DNA of 64,000 nucleotides from Chiloscyllium plagiosum. Taxonomy: Eukaryota. This document shows, one piece after another, positions 50,061 to 64,000 of this stretch (its first letter is position 1; every line of letters begins with the position of its first letter). Location of the stretch: NCBI RefSeq assembly GCF_004010195.1, contig NC_057751.1:7184133-7248132 (forward strand). Direction: 5' to 3'. The translations under genes were made by a program, and so were the position numbers. Under the pieces are notes generated by a model. That model was not told the DNA's origin. It did no database searches and saw only the letters and a list, made by a program, of their open reading frames with translations.

Positions 50061-51750
50061 TATTACCTCTCCCTCTTGTTTTTTCTCTTTTAAAAGGCAC
50101 CTCACCCAGATTCCCTGTTGTCATTGATCACTTCAGTTGGCCTGCAGTTTTTCAGAACGTATGAGCATGATGTTCACGTGTGATCGTGATCAAGACAATC
50201 ACCCAACCTGTGGTGGGTGGGAAGCAGATGTGGCCCCAGGGCTTGGCTCCTGCCAAGCAGGTGTTAAGTCATTTGCACAGATGGGAGGCAGGCGAGCTAC
50301 AACAGGCCTGTGACTAATGCAAGACGAGGTATCGAACAGACAGGAGCAATGGTTCATATGCGCAGAAGCTATTGTTGACATGAATGGTGAGGAGGTCAGA
50401 ACTTTGGACCTCTCTCCGAGCATCGTTTGCAGATGTTTCATTGACTCGACAGAGAGTCTAGCGGTCCAAAAAGCTAATTCACCAGATATCATCTTGAGGG
50501 CATTTTGCGGCCAGCACCAAATGCTGTCCTTGCCAGCATCACTCACAGCCCAAGAAAAAATTCTAAAGCCATTGTGACGACCTACTGATTTCAAGGGAAC
50601 ATTAGTTCCAATTTTGAGAGGTTGCTAAGTGTTAAGTTGAAAGGAGATGCTGGAAATCACAGCTGGTCACGCAACATCTGTGGAGAGAGGGCAAGCTATG
50701 ACAACGAAAAGTCTGAAAACGAACCTTCCAACTCAACGAGCAAACCTACATCCAGACAGCAAGCTAATGTTTCAAGCCTAGATGGCTGTCTCCCCATTGT
50801 GATTTACTGGCTTTTTGTTTTCAGTACAGACTCCAGCATCTGCAGCAATCTGCTCCAACATTCTCTTAAATTATTGGGAACCGAAGAGCAACTGAAGACA
50901 AGAGATGAAAGTGCCTCCTGGTATATTTCCATAGCCACATTATGAAATGCAGATTGGAATGAATAAGACATCACAGGATGCTAGTTTAAAGAAAAATAGC
51001 AATAAAATTCATTTGATAGTGAAATATGTTTGAACAGGTACTGTGAAATGACCTACTCTGTTTTCAGCGCAATCATGAATTGGAAATGAATTAATTGTAG
51101 CTCCACTTGAAAGCACACACTTGGAAAAAGGTGGTGTGTTGATGTTGAATGCCATTTTGAACCTATATTTCTGGCCTAATGTTTCAATTTATTTGTCCTG
51201 TTGGAATTATCAGACAGACAATGGACCAAGTACCATCATGTTTACTGTCGACCAGACCTGCAGCTTAATGCAACAATAAATTTGTTAGGTAATCTGTGTG
51301 TTTTTCTGTGATAGAGAGAAGTAATGTCAAGAGGATGCATTACTCAAAAGGTGCTTCTGTTTCTTCAGATCTGAAAGCAGTATTGAAGCCAAAGGTGGAT
51401 TGTGGTTTTTTGAAATTCATCCATAAAGTTTCTCCAAAGTTTACCTTGTTTTGGTCTTGGTGGGCACCAACAGTATTTTCAGATTTTGCTGGCTCCTAAG
51501 GACATAGTTCCATGTTTTGTCCCTAATCCAATACCTCTGGCCTGGGGAAAAGCCGGGGTTAGCAGAGGGGCAAAAGCAGCTGGAATTCCTGATCGCTGTC
51601 TGTTCCTCCAGGGTGGAAAGGACCCATGTGAATTCTGTGCAAGAACCACTCTGTAGTTCGATATGATAATGTATAGTGCGATAGCCTGCTGGTAATTTGT
51701 TTGCCACTTTACCAATTGATAAATTTTCAGTTGAATTGTGCATTGAGTAA

Positions 51751-51848
<98 letters not shown>

Positions 51849-53251
51849 GTAAGTATGTTCATAAACTGAGCAAATCCAGTTGGTGAAGATTTCCTACTCT
51901 ACCTGTACACCTTTGTCTATTTGTCTTCTTGAATGTCTTTTTCTTGAAGACAAATGTCGGTGTTTGTTAATGAGAAATGCAAGGACTATATGCTCCAAGT
52001 ATTCCTCCATATGATGTAACATTATGTGGATATACTGGAAAACTGCAAATATGCTCCTTTGTCCAGATTGCAAAGAACCCAACAATTACACCAGCTTTTT
52101 ATATTTCCATTTCACATATATTATTTCATGTTTTGATTTTTAATGAGGTATTCTCAGTCTAAAACATGAGTATGCAAAGTTACAGGTTTGGTTTTAACAA
52201 TGAAAGACAAGTTTTTATTATGCTCATAAATGAAGGTAAAACTGTTCCAACCCAGTTTCGTGGAACCCCAATGTAGAGATTTTGTAGCACACTGTGAAAC
52301 ATAATCCCAGTAATCTCCAAAACATCCAAAAAGAACGATTGCATGGAACTCACACAAGAGAAGTGTCACTTTTTCACCTTGATTGGTTTCATTTAATTCT
52401 AATTTTAACTCAAATTGGAGGAAATCTGATCACCTCTACTTGGAGTTTTCATGTGCTCAGTTTAAACTTTCTCTTCTTCAAGCAACATCTTAAGGATTTT
52501 AATCAATTAATTCTGCTCTATCACTATTCCTTAAACCTTTTCTCTAAAGCAATCTATTGTTCTCCTTGGTCAGAAATACTGCTTTACATGTAAAGCATCA
52601 TCCAAGAACTTATGTGGAAGTGCCCCAAATTGAAAGTAAAAACAGCCCTTTATATACAAGCTGTGGGTCTTTCCTATAAGCCTAAGATAAAATGAGAAAC
52701 TTTCATCAGAAAATTGATGCACAATTGTTTATTTTGCTCAGTCAGAAAGTGCTCTGTCATACACCAAAAGCTATTAGTTCTGAAAGAAACCTCTTGATCA
52801 AGTTGTTTTAAAATTAATCACTTTGGCTTCAGAAATTGTTCAGAAAGCCTGGTTGTCACTAATTGAAGCATGCAAACTTAAAAATAAATTATTTTCAAAT
52901 ATTTAAAGATCTCTCAGATGCTAGTGAGCTTGTCGTCTGTCAATTAGTTGAGTACCAAGCAATTGAAGCCAACAGGCACAGGCTCAGTCCCTGACTGTGT
53001 TTTCGTTCTTCTCCAATATATTATTAGCTTGTGCAGTAATTGCCCTTTTCTACTGAGCAAGTAATTTGGCTGGACTCCCAACACAGGCTTCTGGACGATA
53101 TGTTTTGGGCACATATCTCTGGAGTACAGTGATATGTGTCTTATGTGGAGTCTGTGCGAAAAATGCCCATGCAGGGCATTTTAACGCATGTTTTGCTCAT
53201 GTTATATTACTTGGAAGAAATTGATCATGAAATGATTTGAAATTGAAGTAA

Positions 53252-53431
<180 letters not shown>

Positions 53432-54763
53432 TAAAAGGGTCCACCTTGGAGAACAAGCATCTGTGAGGCTACAGGTCATGAGGCTTCAGATTTTGTCAAC
53501 CTGAATTTTATTTTTGGCAAGCGAAAGCATTCCTGATCAGTATCAGTGGTGCTTGCTGGAATTAAACTTATGTAGTTTTAATCTTGTATTAAAGTATAAT
53601 AAAGTTAGGTTGATTTTCTTAACCTCTATGTCCTGAATATTGTCTTTGTGACCCGTTTGTTTAATATCAAAGCCACATGAAGCAATAGTTCTGCTTCAGG
53701 TTCAAGAACAGGAAGAAGCTACACAGTCCCAAGAGCCCACGTCACCATTAGCTCAAAGTTGATATGTGTCTATAATGAATCTACCCACTTCAGTTTATTG
53801 CCCAGAGTACATGTGCCTAACTAACATCATACCAAACTGAATGTTGAAATTTTTAACTGACCCTATCTTGACTCTGCCTACCATTTTGATAAAAAGTTTT
53901 GCGACTTCTTTCGCTCGTACTTGTATGAGTTAGTGTTTGTCCACATCACATGCAAGGGGCCTAGCTTCAGTGTTGAAGGTGGAGTTACTTGTTCTGGACT
54001 CCCAAAAATTTCAGCAATAGTTTACTTCATGTCAGCTTGTCAACTCCTTACATTGCATCAATTTGCAAAGGACATCTCGGTGGCCATTTGTGTCTTTACA
54101 GTGTTGGTAATTGCACTGCTTTGTTTATGAAGCTTTTAAATTAAATTCTTGCTGATGTCAGTAGTAATGAGAAACAGAAGGGTGCAAGCTAAATCTGTTT
54201 AAATCTCCTTTTACTTGGAGTCCTCACTATGTCAGTTTCTTGGCAAAATGGAGAAGATCAATGGCTCACTGTTCACATATTTGCATACACAAATGTTTCT
54301 GTGTAAATGTATATTGGTTCCCTACTGTACCATGATTGTGTGCAACTATACTGTTAAGTTATAGTAGTGCTGTTTCTTTCGGCGCTTTGGTCCAAATGCT
54401 CTGCTGAAAGATGCACCGGAATGATCTGTGTGTTTTGCTGCTAAGTTTTGTAATTGACCAGAAACTACGAAGAGCATGTTTTTGAATTTCTGGTTTATTG
54501 TGCATTTGTCCAGTGTCTGCTTCAAAAAGGGATGTTGTGTCATGCACCATCTCAAGCTCTGCAGTTGACACCTTGTGTGATACAACAATTAAACGTGAAT
54601 AACGCTTGAGAAAGTTTACCCAAGATAGCCAGCAACACATAAGATTCAGCTCATTGAAAATCACTGGTGTGCTGCAGCAGTAGGGCACACATTTCAGTAT
54701 TGTTTATTTGTGTATATTAATTTTGTCATCTCTTCCTTTTCATTCTACCCCCTTTCACAACAG

Positions 54764-54889
54764 GAGCATAGAGGTTTGCTCTCGATCCGTTATCCCATGG
54801 AACATGGCATTGTGCAAGATTGGAATGATATGGAAAGAATTTGGCAATATGTTTATGGCAAGGACCAATTGCAGACCTTCTCTGAGGAG
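54764..54889 (+). CDS. ACTR1B: ACTR1B exon 4 ([42 protein letters not shown])
   Basis: cag| acceptor, |gtgaga donor, 126 nt. Confidence 0.95.
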
Positions 54890-55186
54890 GTGAGAATACT
54901 CCGATTATTTTGTTTGGGTTGCAACGAATCATGTATTTTAATTTGCCCTCACATATTTCAAATCATCAGAACTTCATTTCTGTCATTGACACATCATTTT
55001 CATTTTTCAGGTCTGTGAATGATCTTCACACTTGGCACATTAAATGCATTATTCTAATCTTTGCATTCCTATTTTCCCTTGTGTTCAACTCCTTTCTCTG
55101 AAGCTTTCTCTTTTATTGTCTGGCAATACCCATTGCTGGATTACTGAGATAACCTCTCCCTCTCCTCTAATATTTACATTTTTTTT

Positions 55187-55500
55187 TTACATTTACATTA
55201 CATTACAGTGTGGAAACAAGCCCTTCGGCCCAACAAGTCCACACCGACCCGCCGAAGCGTAACCCACCCATACCCTTACATTTACCCCTTACCTAACACT
55301 ACGGGCAATTTAGCATGGCCAATTCACCTGACCTGCACATCTTTGGACTGTGGGAGGAAACCGGAGCACCCGGAGGAAACCCACGCAGACAAGGGGAGAA
55401 TGTGCAAACTCCACACAGTCAGTCGCCTGAGGTGGGAATTGAACCCGGGTCTCTGGCATTACGAGGCAGCAGTGCTAACCACTGTGCCACCATGCCGCCC
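55187..55500 (-). mobile_element. tRNA-derived SINE (HE1/V-SINE type) with (AATGT)n tail
   Basis: Highly similar to the 32 kb copy; intact A and B boxes. Confidence 0.92.
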
Positions 55501-56132
55501 AATAAAGACATTGACTAATTTGACAGTAACTAAAGTTTGAACTGGATGTTGTCACACTGATTTCATCTTTCCAAGGTTCTCCATCTGTTCCCTTGTTATT
55601 TCAAAACCTGAAAAGCTTCATCTTGAGCTCTCCACTCAGTCGTGTTCTGTCACAACACTCCCCCTCAAGTCAGGTCTGTCACGGTCCCCCACTTTGAGGC
55701 ACTGCAAAGCTGTTACGATAGTGTGAGCAGATTGCTCCTTTGACTTAGAGGTTTCAGTATGGTCGGTTGCATGGGAATAGGCCTCAGGATTGATTACACT
55801 AACTCCATATACCTGCTGTTAGCTCATATCTCACAATATATCTGCTTAACAAATATTTGTCTCAGATTTAAAATTAACGATTGAACAACTGCCATTGGTG
55901 CAAGAGCATTACTAACATCTCCCACACTATCTCCCACCCAAGTGTTTCGTAACATCTGTTCTGAATAGTCTGCTCCTGATTCTCAGACAATATTCCCTAG
56001 TTCTAGAATCTCTAACCAGTGGAAACAGTTTCGGTTGATCTCCCCAATCTTTTTCTTTGATATCTTGAAGATTTACTCTTGTGAAGTTTGGACAAAACAG
56101 GCCTAGTTTGAGTAATCTGTTCTCATAACTCC

Positions 56133-58058
<1,926 letters not shown>

Positions 58059-58265
58059 TAAGTTTCTACAAATGAACAACTAATGTCTTTTATGAATTAT
58101 TTTCATTGTTTTTTTTGACTTATATAGTTTGTGGCTTTGAATTGTGGAACGACAGAAAAAGCAAGGGGGAGGGAATTGTGTTCAAAATATTTTTTTTTCA
58201 TGACTATTTTTTATTAAGAACAGGATCCTGCACTGTTGATAAATTGTTTCCTGTCTGAATTGCAG

Positions 58266-58482
58266 GTATGCCACAGGTCGGACCACAGGTGTTGTGCTTG
58301 ATGCTGGGGATGGTGTTACCCATGCTGTCCCAATCTATGAGGGCTTTGCCATGCCACATTCCATCATGAGAGTGGATGTTGCTGGCAGGGATGTGTCCCG
58401 CTATCTGCGCCTGCTCCTCAGGAAAGAAGGGTATGACTTTCATACAACTGCAGAGTTTGAGGTTGTCAAGACAATTAAAGAG
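58266..58482 (+). CDS. ACTR1B: ACTR1B exon 6 ([16 protein letters not shown]...[29 protein letters not shown])
   Basis: tgcag| acceptor, |gtgggt donor, 217 nt; RYLRLLL and EFEVV are B-type. Confidence 0.95.
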
Positions 58483-59518
58483 GTGGGTGCATCTTTTTAT
58501 AAAGTTTGTTCATACAGTATGACATGGGCAATGACAATTTTGGACAAGAAATGCTAAGTATACCCAGGAACGTGTTGGTGAGCTGTGACAATTGACTCTG
58601 CATCTGAGTACTGGTTGCCCGTATGTTCCAAGATTTGTGACTTAGTCGTGGAGGAATGGGGATGTTTTGCAAATCCAGGGTGATGTGTGCCTTGCGGTAA
58701 AATCGGTGTTCCCAATATTAGAGGGTGGGGTTAGTGCCCCAAGCCCTTGTGTAAATAAGTATTTTTATCTCCAATGTTAAACCCAACACAAGACCTTCAA
58801 GTCAGGGGTTTGTGATCAAAAGTAGTTTCCCGTAAGTGATCATCTTGTAATAATGAAGTGATGTGTTGGTATTGAGGCCAATTTTATCACCTGACCTTGC
58901 ACTAGGTTGATGCCCGTGTCATCATTGATTTCGTTGGCTATGTGTGATAGGCTGTGCTCTGTTCTGAGTTTTCTGGCTGTGCTTTCTTTGACCTGCGATT
59001 TTCTGGACTCCCCATTTCAGAAGACAAAGAAAATCATTAAATGGTGCATCCATCTGGCATAAAGCCATGACCAGATGCATGTGGCTCAGCTGCAGAGTGT
59101 AGCCAAGCTCATTGCTTTGAATCACGTTTACATTATGTAGTGTGAGATGACACCTTCAGATGCACAGCTTGCAACTGTATGCCTCACACCTGGGATTTAT
59201 ATGATGTTTACAGTTGTTTTACAGCATTCCTTCCTCATCAGTTTGTATGTTTCAGCACTGTTTCCACAAACCCTTGTTCTGAAGTACCAAATGATTGTAG
59301 AGAGAACAACCATTCCAAACCTGACACAGACCCCCCCCCCCCACCGCAGATTGTGCAAGGCATTTGCAGCTTTAAGTTGAGTTTCACATATAGTTGATTG
59401 TCAAATAGCTATGTAAACAAACTGCAGTCTTACACACAAACATCATGTATTTGTATTTTCGGCAGGAATTTTAGGTGTTGTGCTTTATTTTTAGGTTGAC
59501 CTATTTCTTGCTTTACAG

Positions 59519-59611
59519 CGGGCCTGTTACCTTTCCATAAACCCACAGAAAGATGAGACACTGGAGACTGAGAAAGCACAGTACACTCTGCCTGATGGGA
59601 GCACTTTAGAG
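59519..59611 (+). CDS. ACTR1B: ACTR1B exon 7 ([31 protein letters not shown])
   Basis: ttacag| acceptor, |gtatta donor, 93 nt. Confidence 0.95.
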
Positions 59612-59761
59612 GTATTACTGGAAGAAAGGTACCCCATTTAATCACACAAGAGAACCAGTATGATCCCTTGCAGCATTAATCCTCTTCTGTTGTCTCCAGT
59701 AATTTTTCTATGTTGCCTAATATTTGGATTCGATTCCATGAAGCCATGTCAGACTGTCCAG

Positions 59762-60070
59762 CGTCATAGAATCTCTCCAGTGTGGAACCAGGCCATTCGG
59801 GACAGTGAGTCCACGCCAACCCCTCCAAAGAGCATTCTACTCAGAGCCTTCACTGCCCCGCACCCACTCCCCAGCCTATCCCTGTAATCTGCATTTCCCA
59901 TGGCTTATCCACCTAGCTTGCACAGGGAGAATCCACAGCACCCAGAGGAAAGCCCTCAGACATGAGGAGAATGACCAAATCCGACCCAGGCAGTCACCCA
60001 ATGATAGAATCAAACCTGGGTCCCTGGCGCTGTGAGGCAGCAGTGCTAAGCACTGAACCACTGTGCCATC
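59762..60070 (-). mobile_element. Older HE1/V-SINE-type copy
   Basis: Diverged match to the other three copies. Confidence 0.8.
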
Positions 60071-60192
60071 TGTGACTTCTTCGTGCCCACAAGGGGATGG
60101 TGACTATCAGCAGGCTGTTGGATACTGGGAAGCCTAATTGTTCATTCCCATCCTTTTCCCTCCCTGACTTGCATGTACTCGAATTAACAAAG

Positions 60193-61430
60193 ACCATAAG
60201 GCATAGGAGCAGAAGTTAGCTCTTTGAGCCTTTTGAATCCACTCTGTCAATCATTCATATCTGAATGTTTCTCATTCCCATTTTCCTGCCTTCTCCCTGT
60301 AACCTTTGATCCCCTTGACAATCAAGAACCTACCTGTCTCCATCTTAAATACACTCAATGAACTGGCCTCCCAAATCTCTGGGATAGTGAATTCTATAGA
60401 TTCACCACTCTCTGGCTGAAGAAGTTTCTCCTTATCTCTATTCCCTTTATTCTAAGGCTGTTCTCTCAGGTCCTTGTCTCTCCTAGCAATGGAAACATGT
60501 TGCCTACATCCATTCTGTCCAGACCATTCAATATTCTGTATGTTTCAATTCGATCACCCTTTCATCCTTCTGAATTTCATAAGTATAGACCTAGAGTTCT
60601 CAAATGTTCCTCATATGTTAAGCTTTTCATTCCTGAGTCATTTTCATGAATCTCCTCTGAACACGCTTCAGGACCAGTACATCCTTCCTGAGATATGGGG
60701 CCCGAAACTGTGCACAACACTCCAAAAGAGGCCTGACCAAATGCTTAAAGTGCCTCAGACGTACATACCTGCTTTTATATTAATGTCATCTCAAAATGAA
60801 TGATAACGTTGTGTTTGCCCTCTTAACTACCGATTCAACTTGCAAGTTTAGCTGACGAGAAACCTGGACTTGGACTCCCAAATCTTGTTGCACTTCAGAT
60901 TTATGTATTTTCTCCCCATTTAGAAAATAGTCTGTGCCTCTATTCTTCCTACCAAAGTGCATGACTTCACACTTTCCCACATTGTGCTCAATCTGGCACT
61001 TCTTTGCCTACTTTCCTGACCTGTTTAGGTCTTTCTGCAGCCTCCCTGCCTGCTCAATACTACCTGTCCTTCTACCTATCTTTGTATAATGGGCAAATGT
61101 AGACAGAATGCCCTCAGTTCCTTCACCCAGATCATTAATGTATAAAGTGAAAAGTTGTGGCCCCAGTACTGACCCTTGCAAGACAACACTTGTTCTGAGG
61201 AAGAGCATTTTATCCCCACTCTGCTTTCTGCCAGACAGCCAAGCTTCTATCCATGCTCGCACCTTGCCTCTGACACTGTGGGCCCTTATCTTACTCAGTA
61301 GCCTCCTATGCAGCACCTTGTCAAAGGCCTCCTTGAAGTCCAGGTAGATGACATCCATTAGGTCGCCTTGGTCTAACCTCATTACATCCTCAACAAATTC
61401 TAACAGATTTGTCAAGCATAGCCTCCAGTA
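60193..61430 (-). mobile_element. Decayed CR1-clade LINE
   Basis: LTNLLEF..DVIYLDFKEAFDKV..QGSVLGPQLFTLYINDL, GKCEVMHFGRKN. Confidence 0.9.
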
Positions 61431-61769
61431 ATCAGCAACACTCAAGTATTTAACTACGGCCATTGACTAACCTTGTTGCGTTGATTAAAGCTATGTGACA
61501 AGGTAAAGAGTTGATCCAGGAACTTGGTGTGTTGTGAATGCCTTGGCACCACATGTAATGATGTACCAAAAGGTTCAGTTGATAAAAAGCTTTCCCTGTT
61601 GATGTTTGAATTCGGATTGAGAGCTGCTGTTAAAGGTTTTCCAATAAATAATTAGCTGCTCAAGAAAATGCAGGTTGAGCTTAAAATCATCCATTTGCAA
61701 GTATATCTGTATGAATGCAGCTTTTAATGATTGTCTGTCTGATGACCTGTTGTTTCTGGTTGCCTGTAG

Positions 61770-61944
61770 GTGGGACCTGCCCGATTCCGAGCTCCCGAGT
61801 TGCTTTTCAAACCAGACCTGATCGGAGACGAGAGTGAAGGGATACATGAAGTGCTGGCCTTTGCTATTCAAAAGTCAGACATGGACCTTCGCAGGACTTT
61901 ATTCTGCAATATTGTCCTCTCTGGAGGTTCTACCCTGTTCAAAG
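61770..61944 (+). CDS. ACTR1B: ACTR1B exon 8 ([58 protein letters not shown])
   Basis: tgtag| acceptor, |gtgcct donor, 175 nt. Confidence 0.95.
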
Positions 61945-63048
61945 GTGCCTGGAAGGTGTTTTCTGTTCAACAGCAGATGACCCATTAAGACCAGTTTGTG
62001 CTTCAAAATGTTTCTTTGAAGTGGTGAAACTAGCACCTTCAGATGCTGATTTCAAGACTAGCTTTGTAAAGGGGAATTGGATAAATATATGAATCGTGAA
62101 ACGTGGGGATATGGGGAAAGAGAAATGGAATGGGACAAACTGCATTTTTCTTCAAATGTGAATGGCACACACGCAAGGATCAAATTGTCTCTTGTGAACC
62201 ACAATTCTGTGAAAAATCTAAGGTGTTTGAAGGTTGTAGTTTGATGAGAGAGCTGAAGAATGTTAAAACATGTTAGTCCTAATTGGAAAATCATGAAGTA
62301 AGCATTCTTGGTTCAGTTGCAGTAAGGACAATATGCAGTGTAAAGGTTCTTCTTGGACTGTGTGCTTCAGTTCCGACCTTGACCATCTGAATTCATACAG
62401 AACTGTGGACAGTTTCCTGCTGTGAGCTCTTGTCCCAGGGAACCGAGCTTCAAGGAGAATTCTGAAGGGAATATTTTAGAACATGTCACAAAGACTTGAA
62501 TACAAGTCTGTGTTAATGACATACAAGTCACATGTCATCCCATATCAATTTAGAACCTTCGTCATTTAAACCTAGACAAATTAGATACTTGGCTTGACCC
62601 AATCAAATACTCTGATCACATGGGCCTGAGCGTTCTTACTTGATAGCTCTTATGATCACTCGCACGCTCTGCATGTGTTGAAAATACTGGCAAATGGCAT
62701 TTGCTGTTTGTGATCCAAATGACTCCATGCCTCTGAAAATGGAGAAGAACTCCATGAACTGGAGCATTTGTCTCCAGGGTAAATATGTTCCACCATGATG
62801 CTATCTAGGTGGGAGGTGATGTCTACTTTCGCCCTTTTTAATTCACTGTCTCCTCATCCCCAATCCAGCATCCCCCCCCAATAGGAAAAGCTGGGAGTTG
62901 ATTATAATAGCAGTAAATTGTACAATCATTGCAATAGCAACAGTCTGCTTGCTGCCCATTCTCATAAAGGACAAGCTGCCATCCAGGAACCACTGAGGAG
63001 TCAAAGTAATCTTTGAAGAACTTCAGTCTAAGTTTCCTTGCTTTTCAG

Positions 63049-63110
63049 GTTTTGGTGATCGGTTACTCAGTGAGGTTAAGAAACTGGCACCAAAAGACGT
63101 GAAAATAAAG
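63049..63110 (+). CDS. ACTR1B: ACTR1B exon 9 ([21 protein letters not shown])
   Basis: tttcag| acceptor, |gtatga donor, 62 nt. Confidence 0.95.
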
Positions 63111-63195
63111 GTATGAGAAAATGTTTTACATTCTTGTTGAAAAGCCCTGTGCTGGAGTTGCATACCAGTTGTTAACAAATTTTGTTCCTTTGCAG

Positions 63196-63236
63196 ATTTC
63201 TGCACCACAAGAGAGGCTGTACTCCACGTGGATAGG
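63196..63236 (+). CDS. ACTR1B: ACTR1B exon 10 (ISAPQERLYSTWIG); last exon lies beyond the window
   Basis: tgcag| acceptor, |gtaagt donor, 41 nt; preceded by an 85-nt intron. Confidence 0.95.
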
Positions 63237-64000
63237 GTAAGTACATCCATGAGTTGGGATCTAGGCATTTGAGGAGCTAGTCATTTTAATGTGTGTTTTA
63301 TGGATAAAGAGATCTTGTGCCCTTGGAATGTAAATTTTCCATCCTATTCAGGCTTGAAATCTGGTCGAGCTCCCTCTTGACTATCCAATTATAGCTTCCC
63401 AGGATAGACTTAACCTGGGTTAAATACACTGTGAAGCTCCATCAAATGGTCATTGGTCAGCTTTAGCATAGCTTGTGTGTAGATTTCTCTGTCCCTAAAG
63501 AGTACATCAAGCTGAACCTCAGAACTCTGACTGTCAAGTTTTTTGTGTGAGCATTCAACACTGTTAATCCGGTGACCTCGGCAGGAGATTGCTGAATTCG
63601 GGGCTGTTTCATGCAGTCAAAACTTTTCTCAAATGACCAGAACACACTCCTTTGTGGAATCCTATCAACATTGAAGGGGTATGAGTGCAGCTGATGGGAC
63701 AATGTGTCTTATTTGGATACATTGTATATCCGGCTCGGGGCAGTGAATGAATTGATTAACTAGGATCAATTTTTCAATTCAAACAGTAATTTCAGTTCTC
63801 TTAATTAAAACCTGCCACATGTTTAAAATATAAATTCCTTTAAAGTTCCAATCACTTGCAATTTGTCTCCATTTTTTTTGTTTCTTGAGAAGAAAATGGC
63901 ACCATCAAAGCCTTATTTGGGAAGAAGCAGACTCCTGTATGGGTGCCAATGCCAGAATAAGATGGGAATAGTAGCCTAGCAGTTTCATTACTGGATTAGG

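Overview
Eukaryotic genomic DNA, not prokaryotic. It is very probably from a cartilaginous fish (shark), inferred from HE1/V-SINE-type SINEs, CR1 LINEs and abundant Penelope-like elements. Three spliced genes were reconstructed by hand. (1) The 5' part of a divergent CPEB2/3/4-subfamily gene on the minus strand, with coding exons 19247-18522 and 2330-2240; the gene continues off the left edge. (2) A complete 6-exon MARCH5-like mitochondrial RING-CH E3 ligase on the minus strand (47980/47974 to 35659, about 292 aa). (3) Exons 1-10 of ACTR1B (beta-centractin) on the plus strand (48580-63236), head-to-head with the MARCH5-like gene across a ~600 bp CpG/CCAAT promoter. Diagnostic residues point to ACTR1B and march5l rather than ACTR1A and MARCH5. 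The CPEB gene is therefore probably not CPEB3 but a fourth whole-genome-duplication paralogue of CPEB2/3/4 ('CPEB5') that mammals lack. Introns and intergenic DNA are full of retroelements. The most striking repeat signal is a set of Penelope-like insertions from at least three families. Many are miniature or palindromic, have clean 8-16 bp target-site duplications, and carry minimal hammerhead ribozyme motifs (CUGANGA-stem II-GAAAC-GUC). One such motif lies sense-strand in the CPEB intron equivalent to the one that holds the HDV-like ribozyme in mammalian CPEB3. Most ORFs in the supplied track are spurious or retroelement debris. All family and paralogue assignments come from remembered sequences and need database confirmation.
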